Below, in pieces: positions 51,058 to 62,826 of a DNA stretch of 64,000 nt. The stretch lies in assembly GCA_043228905.1 (NCBI GenBank), contig JBHGNT010000008.1, forward strand, positions 4,278,001 through 4,342,000. Reading direction: 5' to 3'. Source of the DNA: Azolla caroliniana. Its lineage: Eukaryota > Plantae > Polypodiophyta. The notes beneath the pieces are model-generated. The model was not told where the DNA came from and made no database searches. It saw only the letters and a list, made by a program, of their open reading frames with translations. The translations under genes and the position numbers were made by a program. Position 1 is the stretch's first letter, and each line of letters begins with the position of its first letter.

Positions 51058-53181
51058 GTAGGTTGAAGGCAGGGAGGAGATCTGATAAAGCTATACTAGA
51101 GAAAGTTGCACTGATCCAAGATCAGAAAGAAAAGGGGGAGGAAGAGGAGGAGGAAAGAAGACCCATTTAACTTATTTGTGTGACAGAGAAATGGTGGGTC
51201 TTGCCATACTAACCTTCTGCTTCATGTGCTTGCTCAATGCCTTCTGGATCAAGAAGAAGAAGAACAGAGAAGAAGAAGAAGAAGAAGAAGAAGATCAGAG
51301 GAAGGAAGAACAGAAAAGAAGAAGAAGAAGAAGAACAGAGGGAGGAAGAAGAAGAAGAACAGAGGAAAAACAGGGGAGGAGGTATATAGCTATTTCTAGG
51401 GTAGGTTTTTCTTCCTTCTTTTTTTCCTTCCTCTTCTTCTTCCTTCTTCTTCTTCTTCTTCTTCTTCTTTTTCTCCTTTTGTTTGAGTTTTAGAGCCCAA
51501 ACTTATATTACATATGTATATCATATTTATATGTATGTATGTATATGAAACAAGAGCTCTCTCTCTCTATACATACATACATATAAGAAGAAAGAAGTAT
51601 GTATGTATGTGAATAAGAGCTATACATATTGCTTTAGGTAGGGTCACCACATATACATATGAGTTAAAAAAAAACATTCCTTCTTGATTGACCCTTGCTA
51701 GTAGTGATTGTTCTCCCAATGGGATTGGCAAGAGCCCCCCCCCCACCCCTGCATCATCGCCTCTCTCGGATGTGGCCTACCTGCCTGTCAAGGACCTTGG
51801 AATTCGGGCTTCACACACTTGGGAGGTTTTATAAACATTCACACCTGCAGACATCGGCTAGGGGGGCGGTAAGTATGGATGGAGTTTCCCCCGGCAGCTT
51901 TGACTTTGTAAGCAGCTGCCGGAAATCTCCTCCCTTGCGAGAGAGACGCCACACTGTGACGCACACGAAGTGACGAACCCGTAATAGCCTCCTCTCTTTG
52001 TCGTTGTCGGGTTTCGCCTCCCGACGATCCATCTGTGTGGAGCTGACCGCAACGAAATGCCTCGTGGAAAACCGGAACGAAATGCATGTTGAGCTCCCCA
52101 ATGATGTGGATTCAAGCAGATGATGCACGTTGAGCTCCACATGTGACCAGCTAACCTGAGCTCCTACCTGCTCGCCATTTGGTAGTTGATGTCCCTGTTT
52201 CCATGTCCCACTCGCAATTGAAGCTCTGCACCAAACAACAATTTCCATACGAAAAAGTATGGAGCCTTCCTTGGCACAATTGTTACTTGTGGCCTACTCT
52301 CACATCCTCTATGTGATTCGATGTGATTGGGCATAATCGTTGTTGGTATGCTCAAATACGTAATTGTCTAGCTTGTGTCGTAAATGGAAAAACTACTCTA
52401 TCCCCCTTCTCGTTAATTATAGTTTGAATCGCATTGATTCCAAAGCTTAATTGGATGGGAGTGAATTAGATTGTATAAGTTCAAGCATTAACGGTAAAAA
52501 TCAAGAGGACATGGGTTTAAAACCTTTAATTTCCCACAAGATGAAGATGAGCACATAGTCGCCAGATTCTTCACCTATCTCTATGTGGTTTCTTAGGACT
52601 CACTATTATGAATTGATTACTAATTATAAAAGACGCTTTAAGAGTGCTTAACCAAACCAACCACCCCTCGAGGAAAAGATAAGAGATGAGCATACAAAAA
52701 ACACCATCAACGTCCCATACGACTAAATAAGTTCTTATATTATACCTTTGTATTCTTATAATGAGAGCTTTGCCTCACCAATAGAGTCTTAAAAATGTTG
52801 TAATTAAGGGTGTAGCTAGCCCCCTTTATATGAGCCAATCTCTTAGGCTCTTGAACCGTCACATGTTCCCACATGTCATAGGTCCTTTTGGGTTTGTCCC
52901 ACATCATAGGATATCATGTTTCCCACTTACTCTACAACAAAACCATTAGACAATTAGCCTTTAAAATTGCTCTTTAAGGTTATGCCTAGAACATGTGCCC
53001 TTGATACGTGGATCTTATACATGGACAACATGAGATCATTGAACAAATTTGCACCTCTTCAAATCAACTCAATGAAAAAACAAGTATATAGGAGAAAAGA
53101 ACAAGGAAGAACTTACAATGTTTCATTACGACATGTCATTATGTGTCGGTATAAAAAATGGCTTTGTACTAAGGTGTAGCC

Positions 53182-53222
<41 letters not shown>

Positions 53223-53240
<18 letters not shown>

Positions 53241-53388
53241 CGAGATATTATAGATAGATACATAGATTATATTATTGTATTCGGAGGTCAAATATGGCGG
53301 AGAGAGAGAGAGCGAGAGAGAGCGAGAGAGAGCGAGAGATTATAGATAGATACATAGATTATATTATTGTATTCGGAGGTCAAATATG

Positions 53389-53431
<43 letters not shown>

Positions 53432-53927
53432 ACATAGTAGGCATCGATTTATTTCCTACCCGATGGCAAGGATGGTTTGGAGGTGTATCAGTTTATTGTG
53501 GATGGCTCTAACCGGAGTACGTCTATCTTCCTTCAATTGGGTTTTTGCACATATGGAGAACAATGAACCAATGCCTCATTCTCAAATTATTTTTGAGTTC
53601 TTGAGGTATTGGGGGCTATGGTTCAATTGGAATATGCGGAATGCCTTCATTTTTTATTCGCAATTGGGGGTGAGAAAATATGTTCTAAAGTTAAACGGAC
53701 TTCTTCTGTGGCAATTGACAGTGCTAGAGAAGTCACGAAATCTCAACCAGGAAGAGAGAGAACTCTGCAAGGTCACATATCATCATATTTGCCATTTGAA
53801 TTGGTGTGCAGGGTGGCATTGAGTTTGGTGTCGTAGTTTTCTTTAGATCCCTAGATAGAAGGGGTTCTATAGTTTGTTGTAACTTAGTCATGGTGGTGTT
53901 TTTTCTTTTGTAATGAAATCCATTATT

Positions 53928-53978
<51 letters not shown>

Positions 53979-54164
53979 AGATAGATAGATTATATTATCG
54001 TCTTCGGAGGTCAAATATCACGAAGAGAGAGAGAGAGAGCGAGAGATTATAGATAGATACATAGATTATATTATTGTATTCGGAGGTCAAATATGACGGA
54101 GAGAGAGAGAGAGAGTTATTCTAGATAGATAGATTATATTATCGTCTTCGGAGGTCAAATATCA

Positions 54165-54202
<38 letters not shown>

Positions 54203-54311
54203 AGATAGATACATAGATTATATTATTGTATTCGGAGGTCAAATATGACGGAGAGAGAGAGAGAGAGAGATTATAGATAGATTATATTATCGTCTTCAGA
54301 GGTCAAATATC

Positions 54312-54354
<43 letters not shown>

Positions 54355-54445
54355 AGATAGATAGATTATATTATTGTCTTCAGAGGTCAAATATCACGAA
54401 GAGAGAGATAGATTATATTATCGTCTTCGAAGGTCAAATATGACC
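53223..54445 (-). repeat. Minisatellite of RTE 3'-terminal ~45-bp units separated by (GA)n
   Basis: Nine copies of ATAGATTATATTAT(C/T)GT(C/A)TTCGGAGGTCAAATAT. The last is contiguous with the RTE body. Confidence 0.88.
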
Positions 54446-55448
54446 TATGAGAACAAAAATATTACATTTCACGTGATATGTGTGAAAGTGAGTAGTGACT
54501 CTCGATGTTCAAGAACTTTACCAATGAATGTTGCAATCGAAAGTGCACATTGTGGTTGTGAGAGGAATTCATGCAAGGATTGGGGTCGGTCAAAGAGATG
54601 TGGAAAGCATGGTCGAATATGATCAAAGGTAGAGCATTGCATCAAAGTGTGATACTCAGCTTCGCGAACTTGTTTAGGTCAAAGTGTGCATAGCCGACCA
54701 CTCTCATCACTTGTGCCCCAACTCCCTGTCTCACATCGCAATGCATGTGAGCTAAGTCGCATGGAAGCAATGGTTCGAATGGCAGATACCGGTATGGGCT
54801 CTAACATGTATCGATGTGTATGATTTCCCCGTTCCGCAAAGAATATGATTTTGTAGTTAGGTACAACATGTGTAGTATAATGTGTGAAGCGTGAGCCTCA
54901 ACATTTGTCCCATGTCATGATACATTGGCGTTGCAAAAAGGCCTTATTTACAGAGGAATCTAATGATGCATCTTGAAGCAAGTGTCTTGCATCCCATCTA
55001 CCAAACCATTTTTCTATATCTTGCATCCAACCGGAACACAAATTTTTGCTTTTATGCGTCTTTTGGATCTTTTTGCTTGCTTCCCATGCAATTCTAGGAA
55101 GTTGATGTCAGTGACTTTTTTGAACCTTAAGCATGTATTCAACAACCCTTTCAATGGCCATGATCTCAATGGAAAGCGATCCCGTCTCAAGGAGGAGGAG
55201 GGTGTAGGGTGTTTGTTTCTTAACTTGTAGAAACTTTGTAAGAAAATGTTTTTGAACATTTTCAAACTCTTTCCACATAGATTTAAGGATGCTACCGCCC
55301 CATACTTCCACCCCATAGAGAAGAACCGGTGTCATCTAAGTGTCGAAAAGATATTTCTTGAGGACCCACCACTTAATATCTCCAAGATTGCATGTGTTCT
55401 CAAATGCATAGTATGCCCACTTACCTGCCTCTAAGCGGCGTGTAGAAA
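54407..55448 (-). mobile_element. RTE-clade-like LINE 3' portion
   Basis: Minus strand LLYGVEVWGG...QKHFLTKFLQVKKQTPYTLLLLETG. The 3' part is near-identical to the insert at 15450-15892. Confidence 0.85.
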
Positions 55449-55637
55449 CAATCGGCAATGGTTCGGTTTGAACCGATCGAACCGTAAAACCGTGGTTTAA
55501 CGGTTTCAACGGTTCGGTTCAAGTTTAGGTTTTTATTAAAGGTTCAGTTCGGTTTCAATAGTAAAAACCTGCAGTTTAAATGGTTTAACGGTAATTTATT
55601 TTTTATTTTTAAAAAATTCAAAATTTTTTAAAACAAA
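55449..55637 (-). mobile_element. Partial copy of the 7441-7848 MITE (one TIR)
   Basis: Begins CAATCGGCAATGGTTCGGTTTGAACCG and aligns to the reverse complement of the right arm of 7441-7848. Confidence 0.8.
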
Positions 55638-56935
55638 TTGTGCATAGCCTTTTGCTACTAACCGGGCCTTGTATCGATTGATCGAGCCGTCGGTGTTGTA
55701 CTTGACCTTGTACACCCACCTGCATCCAATCGGCTTTACACCCTTGGGGGCGTCAACCAGGTCCCAGGTTTCATTCTCCGCAAGTGCGTTCATCTCTTCC
55801 TCCATGGCGGCACGCCAATTTGCGTCCTTTGTTGCTTCTGCGTAGCTCTCCGACTCATGCACTTCCGCTACACGTGTCATGTACGCATAGTGATGCGCCA
55901 TGTACTCGTTGTATTCGAACCACACAACAAGGTTCTTATGGCGGGTAGATCGGCGTAAATGTTCATTAGCCGATGTTGATGCCGTTCTGGCCAACATGGG
56001 CTTCGCTCTCGAAGGCCCATCATCGCTCTTCTTAGAGTTGGATTCGTGTCGATCCGACTCATCCCTATTCGTGCCATACTCCAACAACTTCTTCTTTCCC
56101 TTTTCTTTGCGCATAAGCCATCTCTTCGGCTTCCTACGCGGGGAATGCACGGCCAAGTCTCCATTACTCACCGGCTCTTCATTTGACTGGTCAACCCGAC
56201 TCAATCGCTCATTCGGTCCACTTAGCCGAAATGAGATCGGACTCTCTTCAAGAGTTTCGACTTCGCACTCATCAGGAGGCATCTCAGCCTCGCTGACCTC
56301 ATCTTCAGAACTCGGATTGGAGTTGAGGTCCTGAGTCGGAGGCAAATACCATGACGCAAACTCATCGAACACAACATCGCGACTTATGCAAGCTTGTTTG
56401 GTTCGGGGGTTATAACACTTATAACCCTTCTGTTCGTCTGAATAGCCGACCAAGATACACTTCTCGGCTTTCGCGTCCATCTTCCTCCGCTTCTCCTTCG
56501 GCACATGCACATACGCGATGTTACCAAAAACCCTCAAGTGTCGTAGATTCGGCTTCCTTCCAAAATACAACTCATGTGCCGACACTTTTTTGCCGATCCG
56601 ATTCTGGATGTCGACCGCAGTTCGAACCACTTCGGCTCAATAGAACTTGGGCATGCTCTTTTCTTCCAGCATTGCCCACGCCGCTTCCACAACTGACCGA
56701 TTCTTCTTTTCGGCTACGCCGTTTTGCTCCGGCGTATACCTGTAACTAAATTCGCGCCGAATTCCCATTTGTTGCAGATAATTGTTGAATTAGCCAGAAA
56801 AGAACTCTTTTCCGCCATCCGATCGCAGGCACTTGATCTTCCTCCCCGTTTCCCTTTCGACAAGATTTTTGAGGTTCCGGAAACAGTCGAAGACTTCACT
56901 CTTCTTTTCGATGAGGTAGATCCATGTGTGCCGAT
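55638..56935 (-). mobile_element. Ty1/copia internal fragment (integrase plus RT N-terminus)
   Basis: ORF 55596-56630 has LRVFGNIAYVHVPKEKR...ILVGYS...AMEEEMNAL...YKARLVAKGYAQ. Related to the copia in CSN7 intron 4. Confidence 0.9.
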
Positions 56936-57128
56936 GTCGTGAGGATTTTCGGCCATGGTGAGAAAAGCCGAGCGGGAGGAATAAAACAAGATGTGCAACA
57001 TTGCACGTGAACTTAGGAAAATTGTAACATAGGAATAATAGACAAATGTAAGGAGGAAAAGTAAGATGTAAAGGTATAAAGGTGATGTGCACTTTGTAGA
57101 CTAGAGGGAGACACATGAAGTATGGTTG

Positions 57129-57579
57129 TGTCATGATATGGCAAGACTTGAACCCATGACCTTATGGTATATGGGTTGAGCTCTTAACCATTACACCATC
57201 TATTGTAATTCATAAATTATTATTTTCATTTATCTTTTATTATAAGAAAGTAATGTATATTCCAGATTTCTCTGGAACATTCTAAAAGTTTCAGGATTAC
57301 TCCTGACAACACTATAAAAGAAGGCACTAGGCATTATGTTGAACCAAATTGGTTCAACGCCAATCTTAAGCCTCTCAGCCGCTTTGTACTTTTCTTTTCA
57401 CATAATATATTAGCTGTTGTCATCATCTTTCTCTCTCTCTCATCCTCGCTATCTCTCTCTCTCTCTCTCCTCTTCTCACTTCCTCTCTCGGGAATCTTAC
57501 GCAGTCCCGTCCTCTTAGTACTAATAGTACTGCTCTTCTTAGTACTAATTCCATCTCTGCTTTAGTACTATTCCTGACA
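57129..57579 (+). repeat. 5' LTR of gypsy element 2
   Basis: TGTCA...TGACA, with TATAAAAG at 57313-57320. Confidence 0.9.
57140..57199 (-). promoter_or_regulatory. tRNA-derived A-box/B-box module in U3 (also at 62382-62441)
   Basis: Minus strand ATGGTGTAATGGTTAAG...GGGTTCAAGTC. The 3' LTR copy has GGTTCGAGTC. Confidence 0.55.
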
Positions 57580-57581
57580 GT

Positions 57582-57593
57582 TTGAACCAATTT
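57582..57593 (+). other. Self-complementary (non-tRNA) primer-binding site
   Basis: TTGAACCAATTT is the exact reverse complement of AAATTGGTTCAA at 57346-57357, about 25 nt after the TATA box. Confidence 0.8.
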
Positions 57594-57652
57594 TCCCTTT
57601 CCTCTAGCCTACTTGTCATTCTCCCTCATCCTCCTACCCTTTTCCCTATACT

Positions 57653-58807
57653 ATGGCTACTGTTAGCACCCAAGAATATCAATCCGTTTTCTCCGAGTTA
57701 TAGTGCCTAAAAGAAAAGTTTGTTGCCCTGGAACAAGAAAACCAACGGTTGATAGGGGATCTGCAACAAATCGCTCTCGAAAAACAACAAACGCAACAAC
57801 ATGGGGAGTTAGCGTTACGAGTACAACAACTCGAAGCAGCGTTGCAACAACAAGGATCAAGTCCCCAAGGATTTCATAAAGAGCCCAAGATTGGACTTCC
57901 TGTGAAATTTGATGGAACGCGATCGCAATTCCGGGGATTCCTTAATCAGGTACGCTTAGTCATCCAGATGCATCCTTCCCGATATCTCACTGATGCATCT
58001 CGAGTCGGCCTAATAGGCACGTTACTTAGCGGCTCAGCCTTGGCATGGTTCGCTCCGCTTCTTGAAAAACAATCACCCTTGCTTAATAACTTTGAAGATT
58101 TTATTGGTGAGTTTAAAGCTTGCTTTGGAGATACCGACAGCATCAGGACGGCGATCAACAAGATCCGAAGATTGCGTCAAGGCGATCGTCCAGCCTCTGC
58201 CTACGCGGCGGATTTCCATCTACTCCCCTCAGATATCCCTTGGGATGATCAGGCCCTCATGGAGCAGTTTAGCTACGGCTTGCGCAATGATGTCAAAGAT
58301 TTGCTTTTAACCTTCCCCGAAGAACCAAAGTCTCTTACGGAGGCAATCAGTCGAGCGGTCTTATGCGACAACCGCCTTTTCGAACGGCGTTCAGAGCTTC
58401 AGTTACAAATACCACGCTCTCGGCCGGAACCCACATACGCCTCAATCACGGCTAAACCTTTTGCACGCGATATACCTCAAGCCAATATTCTGACACCGAT
58501 GGAGATCGACACCATGCGTCGACGCGGCCCGTTATCGAAAGAAGAAAAGCAACGACGACGTGCCAATCGATTATGTCTTTATTGCAGTGGACCAGGGCAT
58601 ATCTCCATCAATTGTCCCCATAGGCCAAGAAGACAGATAAATCAAATCGTCGCATGTACTAAACCCGAGTCAATTCTTCCCTTCGGAGTGTCTGATAGTA
58701 TTAATAGTACTAATAGAGTGTCAGATAGTATTCATAGTACTAATAGCCCAAGTATCTCAAACAAATTTGAAATCCTTAGTCAATTAGATGAGGAGTTAAA
58801 CGATTGA
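57653..58807 (+). pseudogene. gag (PEG10/sushi-like retrotransposon gag with CCHC knuckle), TAG at codon 17
   Basis: ATG at 57653 and in-frame TAG at 57701. PVKFDGTRSQFRGF...LRQG...F.YGL, then CLYCSGPGHISINC. Confidence 0.88.
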
Positions 58808-58849
58808 GTCCAGCCAAAATAGGAGCCGTTTGGTTGGACAGCAGCCCTA
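58795..58849 (+). promoter_or_regulatory. Putative -1 programmed ribosomal frameshift signal
   Basis: Slippery G TTA AAC in the gag frame, 6-nt spacer, 11-bp stem 58808-58818/58829-58839. Pol is in the -1 frame. Confidence 0.7.
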
Positions 58850-61800
58850 GATCTGTACAGCCCATTAGTGGTTCCATTCCTTCCAAGCAAGTTAGCAATG
58901 TGTTCCTAGCCCAAGTCATTGTTAGTACTAAAAGTACTCCCCCAGTAACCGTCCTAGCACTCTTAGATTCCAGAGCTAATTCCTGTTTCATGGATCGAAA
59001 TTTTGCCCAAGCTTCTCAGATATCCCTAAGAAAACTTCCTTGTCCCGCATCTGTAGTAGTCATTGATGGTCGTCCCATTGCTTCCAGGAATATTGTAGAA
59101 GAATCAGAACCCATTCAAGTTGTCCTAGGTAGTTTTGTGTGTGTAATATCATTTAATATAATTAGTAGTCCAGAGCATCCCATTGTCCTAGGATTACCTT
59201 GGTTTGAATTACATAATCCAGCCATAGATTGGAGAACAAGAGAAGTCCGATATCGACCACCCCAAGAATCTACTCACCGAGTTTCGACCATTTCACTCCA
59301 TCAATTACGCGAAGAAGGACACAAGGAGGCAATGTTCCTATTTGCCATATTAGTACATCCTTCCAGCACTATTAAGGAAGAATCCTTAGTACAACTTCCG
59401 GCGAAATATCATCCTTATGCCGATGTATTTGACAAGGTAAACGCCGGTACTCTTCCTCATCATCGTCCCTATGATTGTCCCATCGATCTACAACCGGGAG
59501 CAGAGCCACCATGGGGACCAATCTACAACTTGTCACCCACCGAGTTAGAAGTCCTTCGAGCCTACATAGAGGAGAACTTGGCAAGCGGGTTTATTCGTCA
59601 TTCGAAATCTCCGGCCGGAGCACCCATCTTCTTTGTCAAGAAGAAAGGTGGCTCAGTTCGTCTCGTTGTTGATTACTGTGGCTTAAATAAGGTCACCATC
59701 CGGAATAGGTATGCACTTCCTCTTATATCAAGTCTTTTAGAGCGAGTTAATGGTGCAAAGTTTTTTACAAAAATCGATCTACGAGGAGCGTATAACCTCG
59801 TGCGGATCCGACCGGGAGATGAATGGAAGACCGCCTTTCGCACACGGTATGGGCATTTCGAATATACTGTTATGCCGTTCGGTCTAACCAATGCACCCGC
59901 AGTCTTCCAACACATGGCAAATGATATATTCAGAGACCTCTTGGATATCTGTTTGATCATCTATCTGGATGATCTATTGATTTATTCGAAGACCCAGGAA
60001 GAGCACGATTCTCATGTACTATTAGTACTAAACCGACTCCGCGAGAATGGTCTTTATGCCAAGCTAGAAAAATGTAGCTTTGACTGCAAGCAAGTGGAAT
60101 TTCTAGGCTACGTTATCTCCTCAAAGGGCATCTCCATGGATCCAGCTAAAGTCCAAATTGTGCTAGAGTGGAAAATTCCACGGTCGGTAAGAAATGTACA
60201 ATGTTTTCTAGGTTTTGCTAACTTCTACCGCAAGTTTATACAGGATTACTCGAAGATTATGTTACCTCTCACACAACTTACGAAGAAGGGACAAGCATTT
60301 CTTTGGTCCAATGAAGCGGACATGGCTTTTCGGCATCTTAAGAAAGCCTTTACATCAGCACCTATTCTAGCTCATGTGGATACAAGCAAACCATTCATCA
60401 TGGAGGCCGACGCATCAGATTTCGCCCTCGGTAGCATCCTTTCTCAACAAAGAGATAAAGAAGAGTTACATCCCGTGGCTTTCCATTTGCGCAAATTCGA
60501 TGCTGCGGAAATCAACTATGAAATACATGACAAGGAGTTATTAGCCATCGTGGATTCATTTGTGCAATGGCGGCATTTTTTGGAGGGCTCTCCACATCAG
60601 GTCATCGTCTTCAGTGATCACAAGAATCTTTCTTATTTCCAGAATGCTTGTGTGCTAAATCGACGGCAAGCTAGGTGGGCTCAATTCCTCACATGTTTTG
60701 ATTTCAAAATCGCATATCAATCAAGGAAGCAGCAAGGAAAGGCAGATGCACTATCACGACGTTCATATCTTGCACCTCGCCCTGGTGATCCAGCGTTCGA
60801 TAATCAAAAGCAAGTAATCTTGGGACCAACACGATTGCACACGACAAGGATTTTTCACACCCCGATGGATTCACGGATTACCGATGACATACGTGCAAAC
60901 TTGAAGATGGATAGTTTTGCTCAAGACATCCTGGCGCACATTGATACTTCTCGGGCATCCTGTTCTCAGTCTCAACAACCAGGTATTGACTACCGACAAT
61001 TCGAATATCATGATGGTTTGTTATTCTTTAAAAAGCGCGTATATGTCCCCGATTGCTCCGATCGCCTTCAAATCGTTTAGCATTGTCACGACACCCATAC
61101 AGCGGGACATTTCGGTAGTGCTAAGACGTTGGAGTTAGTGCAGCGATCTTTTTGGTGGCCCCACATGCATCGTTTTGTCGACAACTACGTTTAGACCTGT
61201 GATGCTTGCTGCCGAGCAAAGATGCCACGACACCATCCATATGGCTTGTTGGAACCCTTACCGATTCCAAGTAAGCCGTGGCAGTCTATTTGTCTTGATT
61301 TTATCACAGATTTGCCAGTCTCACAGGGGTTCGATGCTATCTTAACCGTCGTCGATTGATATACGAAGATGGCACATTTTGTTCCATGTACTAAGGCCAT
61401 CACTAGCGAGGAAACCGCCGCCCTAGTCATGCGTGAGGTATTTCGGCATCATGGCCTCCCAAACAGTATCATCAGTGACCGAGGACCGCAATTTGTCTCC
61501 AAATTTTGGCAGCATCTCTTCAAGATGCTCAAGGTCTCTTGCAACCTCTCCTCCGGCCACCATCCTCAGACCGATGGGCAGGCAGAACGAACAAACCAAA
61601 CGCTGGAGCAATATCTTCGGTGTTTCCTGAATTATCAACAGGACGATTGGGCCGAGATTCTTCACTTTGCGGAATTTGCGTATAGTAATGATGTTCACTC
61701 CTCGACTTGAGTCTCCCCATTCTACGCTTATACCGGTTCTCATCCTCGCTGGTCGGTGATCGACACCCCGGAGCTACCTAACAATCCTCGTGTCGGGGAT

Positions 61801-62320
61801 CATTTGGAGAGACTACGCAAGATCCAGACAGATCTCTCGACTCATCTTCGTCATGGTCAACAAACACAGAAGACTTACGCGGATCGTCATCGTCTTCCCT
61901 CCTCTTTTGCCATCGGAGATCGAGTATGGCTCTTATGTCATCACATCAAGAGTACTCGACCGTGCGACAAGTTGGATTATCGACGACTCGGTCCTTTCCG
62001 TATTACGGGTAAGGTTAATGATGTCACATTTCGCCTTGATAGATACATCCGGTTTTCCATTGTTCTCTTCTTGAACCTTATAAAGCAAACACCATTCCCG
62101 ATTGTGTTACACCACCGCCGCCCCCGCTGGAGTTGGACGTCGGCCCGGAGTATGAAGTGCTGCCATCCTTGATTCCAAACTTATTCGCAACAAACTTTAT
62201 TATTTGGTCGATTGGCTTGGTTATAGTCCGAGCGAACGCACTTGGGAACCCGTCGTGCATGTTGCCAATGCTCAGGATCTGCTTGCTGATTTCCACCAAA
62301 AGTATCCGGACAAACTCGGT
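58804..62320 (+). pseudogene. pol (PR-RT-RNase H open to 61080; integrase and chromodomain disrupted)
   Basis: ALLDSRAN, IYLDDLLIY, EADASDFALG, then an integrase with stops (SDRGPQF, HPQTDGQAER) and a frameshifted chromodomain. Confidence 0.92.
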
Positions 62321-62370
62321 CCGCAATCAGCGCCGACTTGTTCCACTCGTCGTCTTTAAGGGGGAGATAG

Positions 62371-62826
62371 TGTCATGATATGGCAAGACTCGAACCCATG
62401 ACCTTATGGTATATGGGTCGAGCTCTTAACCATCACACCATCTATTGTAATTCATAAATTATTATTTTCATTTTTTTTTTGTTTTATTATAAGAAAGTAA
62501 TGTATATTCCAGATTTCTCTGGAACATTCTAGAAGTTTCAGGATTACTCCTGACAACACTATAAAAGAAGGCATTAGGCATTATGTTGAACCAAATTGGT
62601 TCAACGCCAGTCTTAAGCCTCTCAGCCGCTTTGTACTTTTCTTTTCACATAATATATTAGTTGTTGTCATCATCTTTCTCTCTCTCTCATCCTCGCTATC
62701 TCTCTCTCTCTCTCTCCTCTTCTCACTTCCTCTCTCGGGAATCTTACGCAGTCTCATCCTCTTAGTACTAATAGTACTGCTCTTCTTAGTACTAATTCCA
62801 TCTCTGCTTTAGTACTATTCCTGACA
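62371..62826 (+). repeat. Second LTR of gypsy element 2
   Basis: Homologous to 57129-57579. Preceded by the PPT and followed by another PBS. Confidence 0.9.

Larger units (their letters stand above)
57129..62826 (+). mobile_element. Ty3/gypsy chromovirus of Tf1/sushi/Tcn1 type
   Basis: LTRs 57129-57579 and 62371-62826 (TGTCA...TGACA; about 9 substitutions plus an indel). PPT AAGGGGGAGATAG. Separate gag and pol frames. Decayed integrase and chromodomain (YYLVDWLGYSPSERTWEP). Confidence 0.95.

Noticed and set aside
51858-52142. STCIICLN resembling the start of the neighbouring RING domain (STCSICLE)
   Set aside because: The remaining RING ligands are absent and I see no extended nucleotide similarity. 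Probably chance.
53367-53822. 151-aa ORF inside the RTE-tail array
   Set aside because: It starts in repeat and microsatellite sequence and has no recognisable domain.
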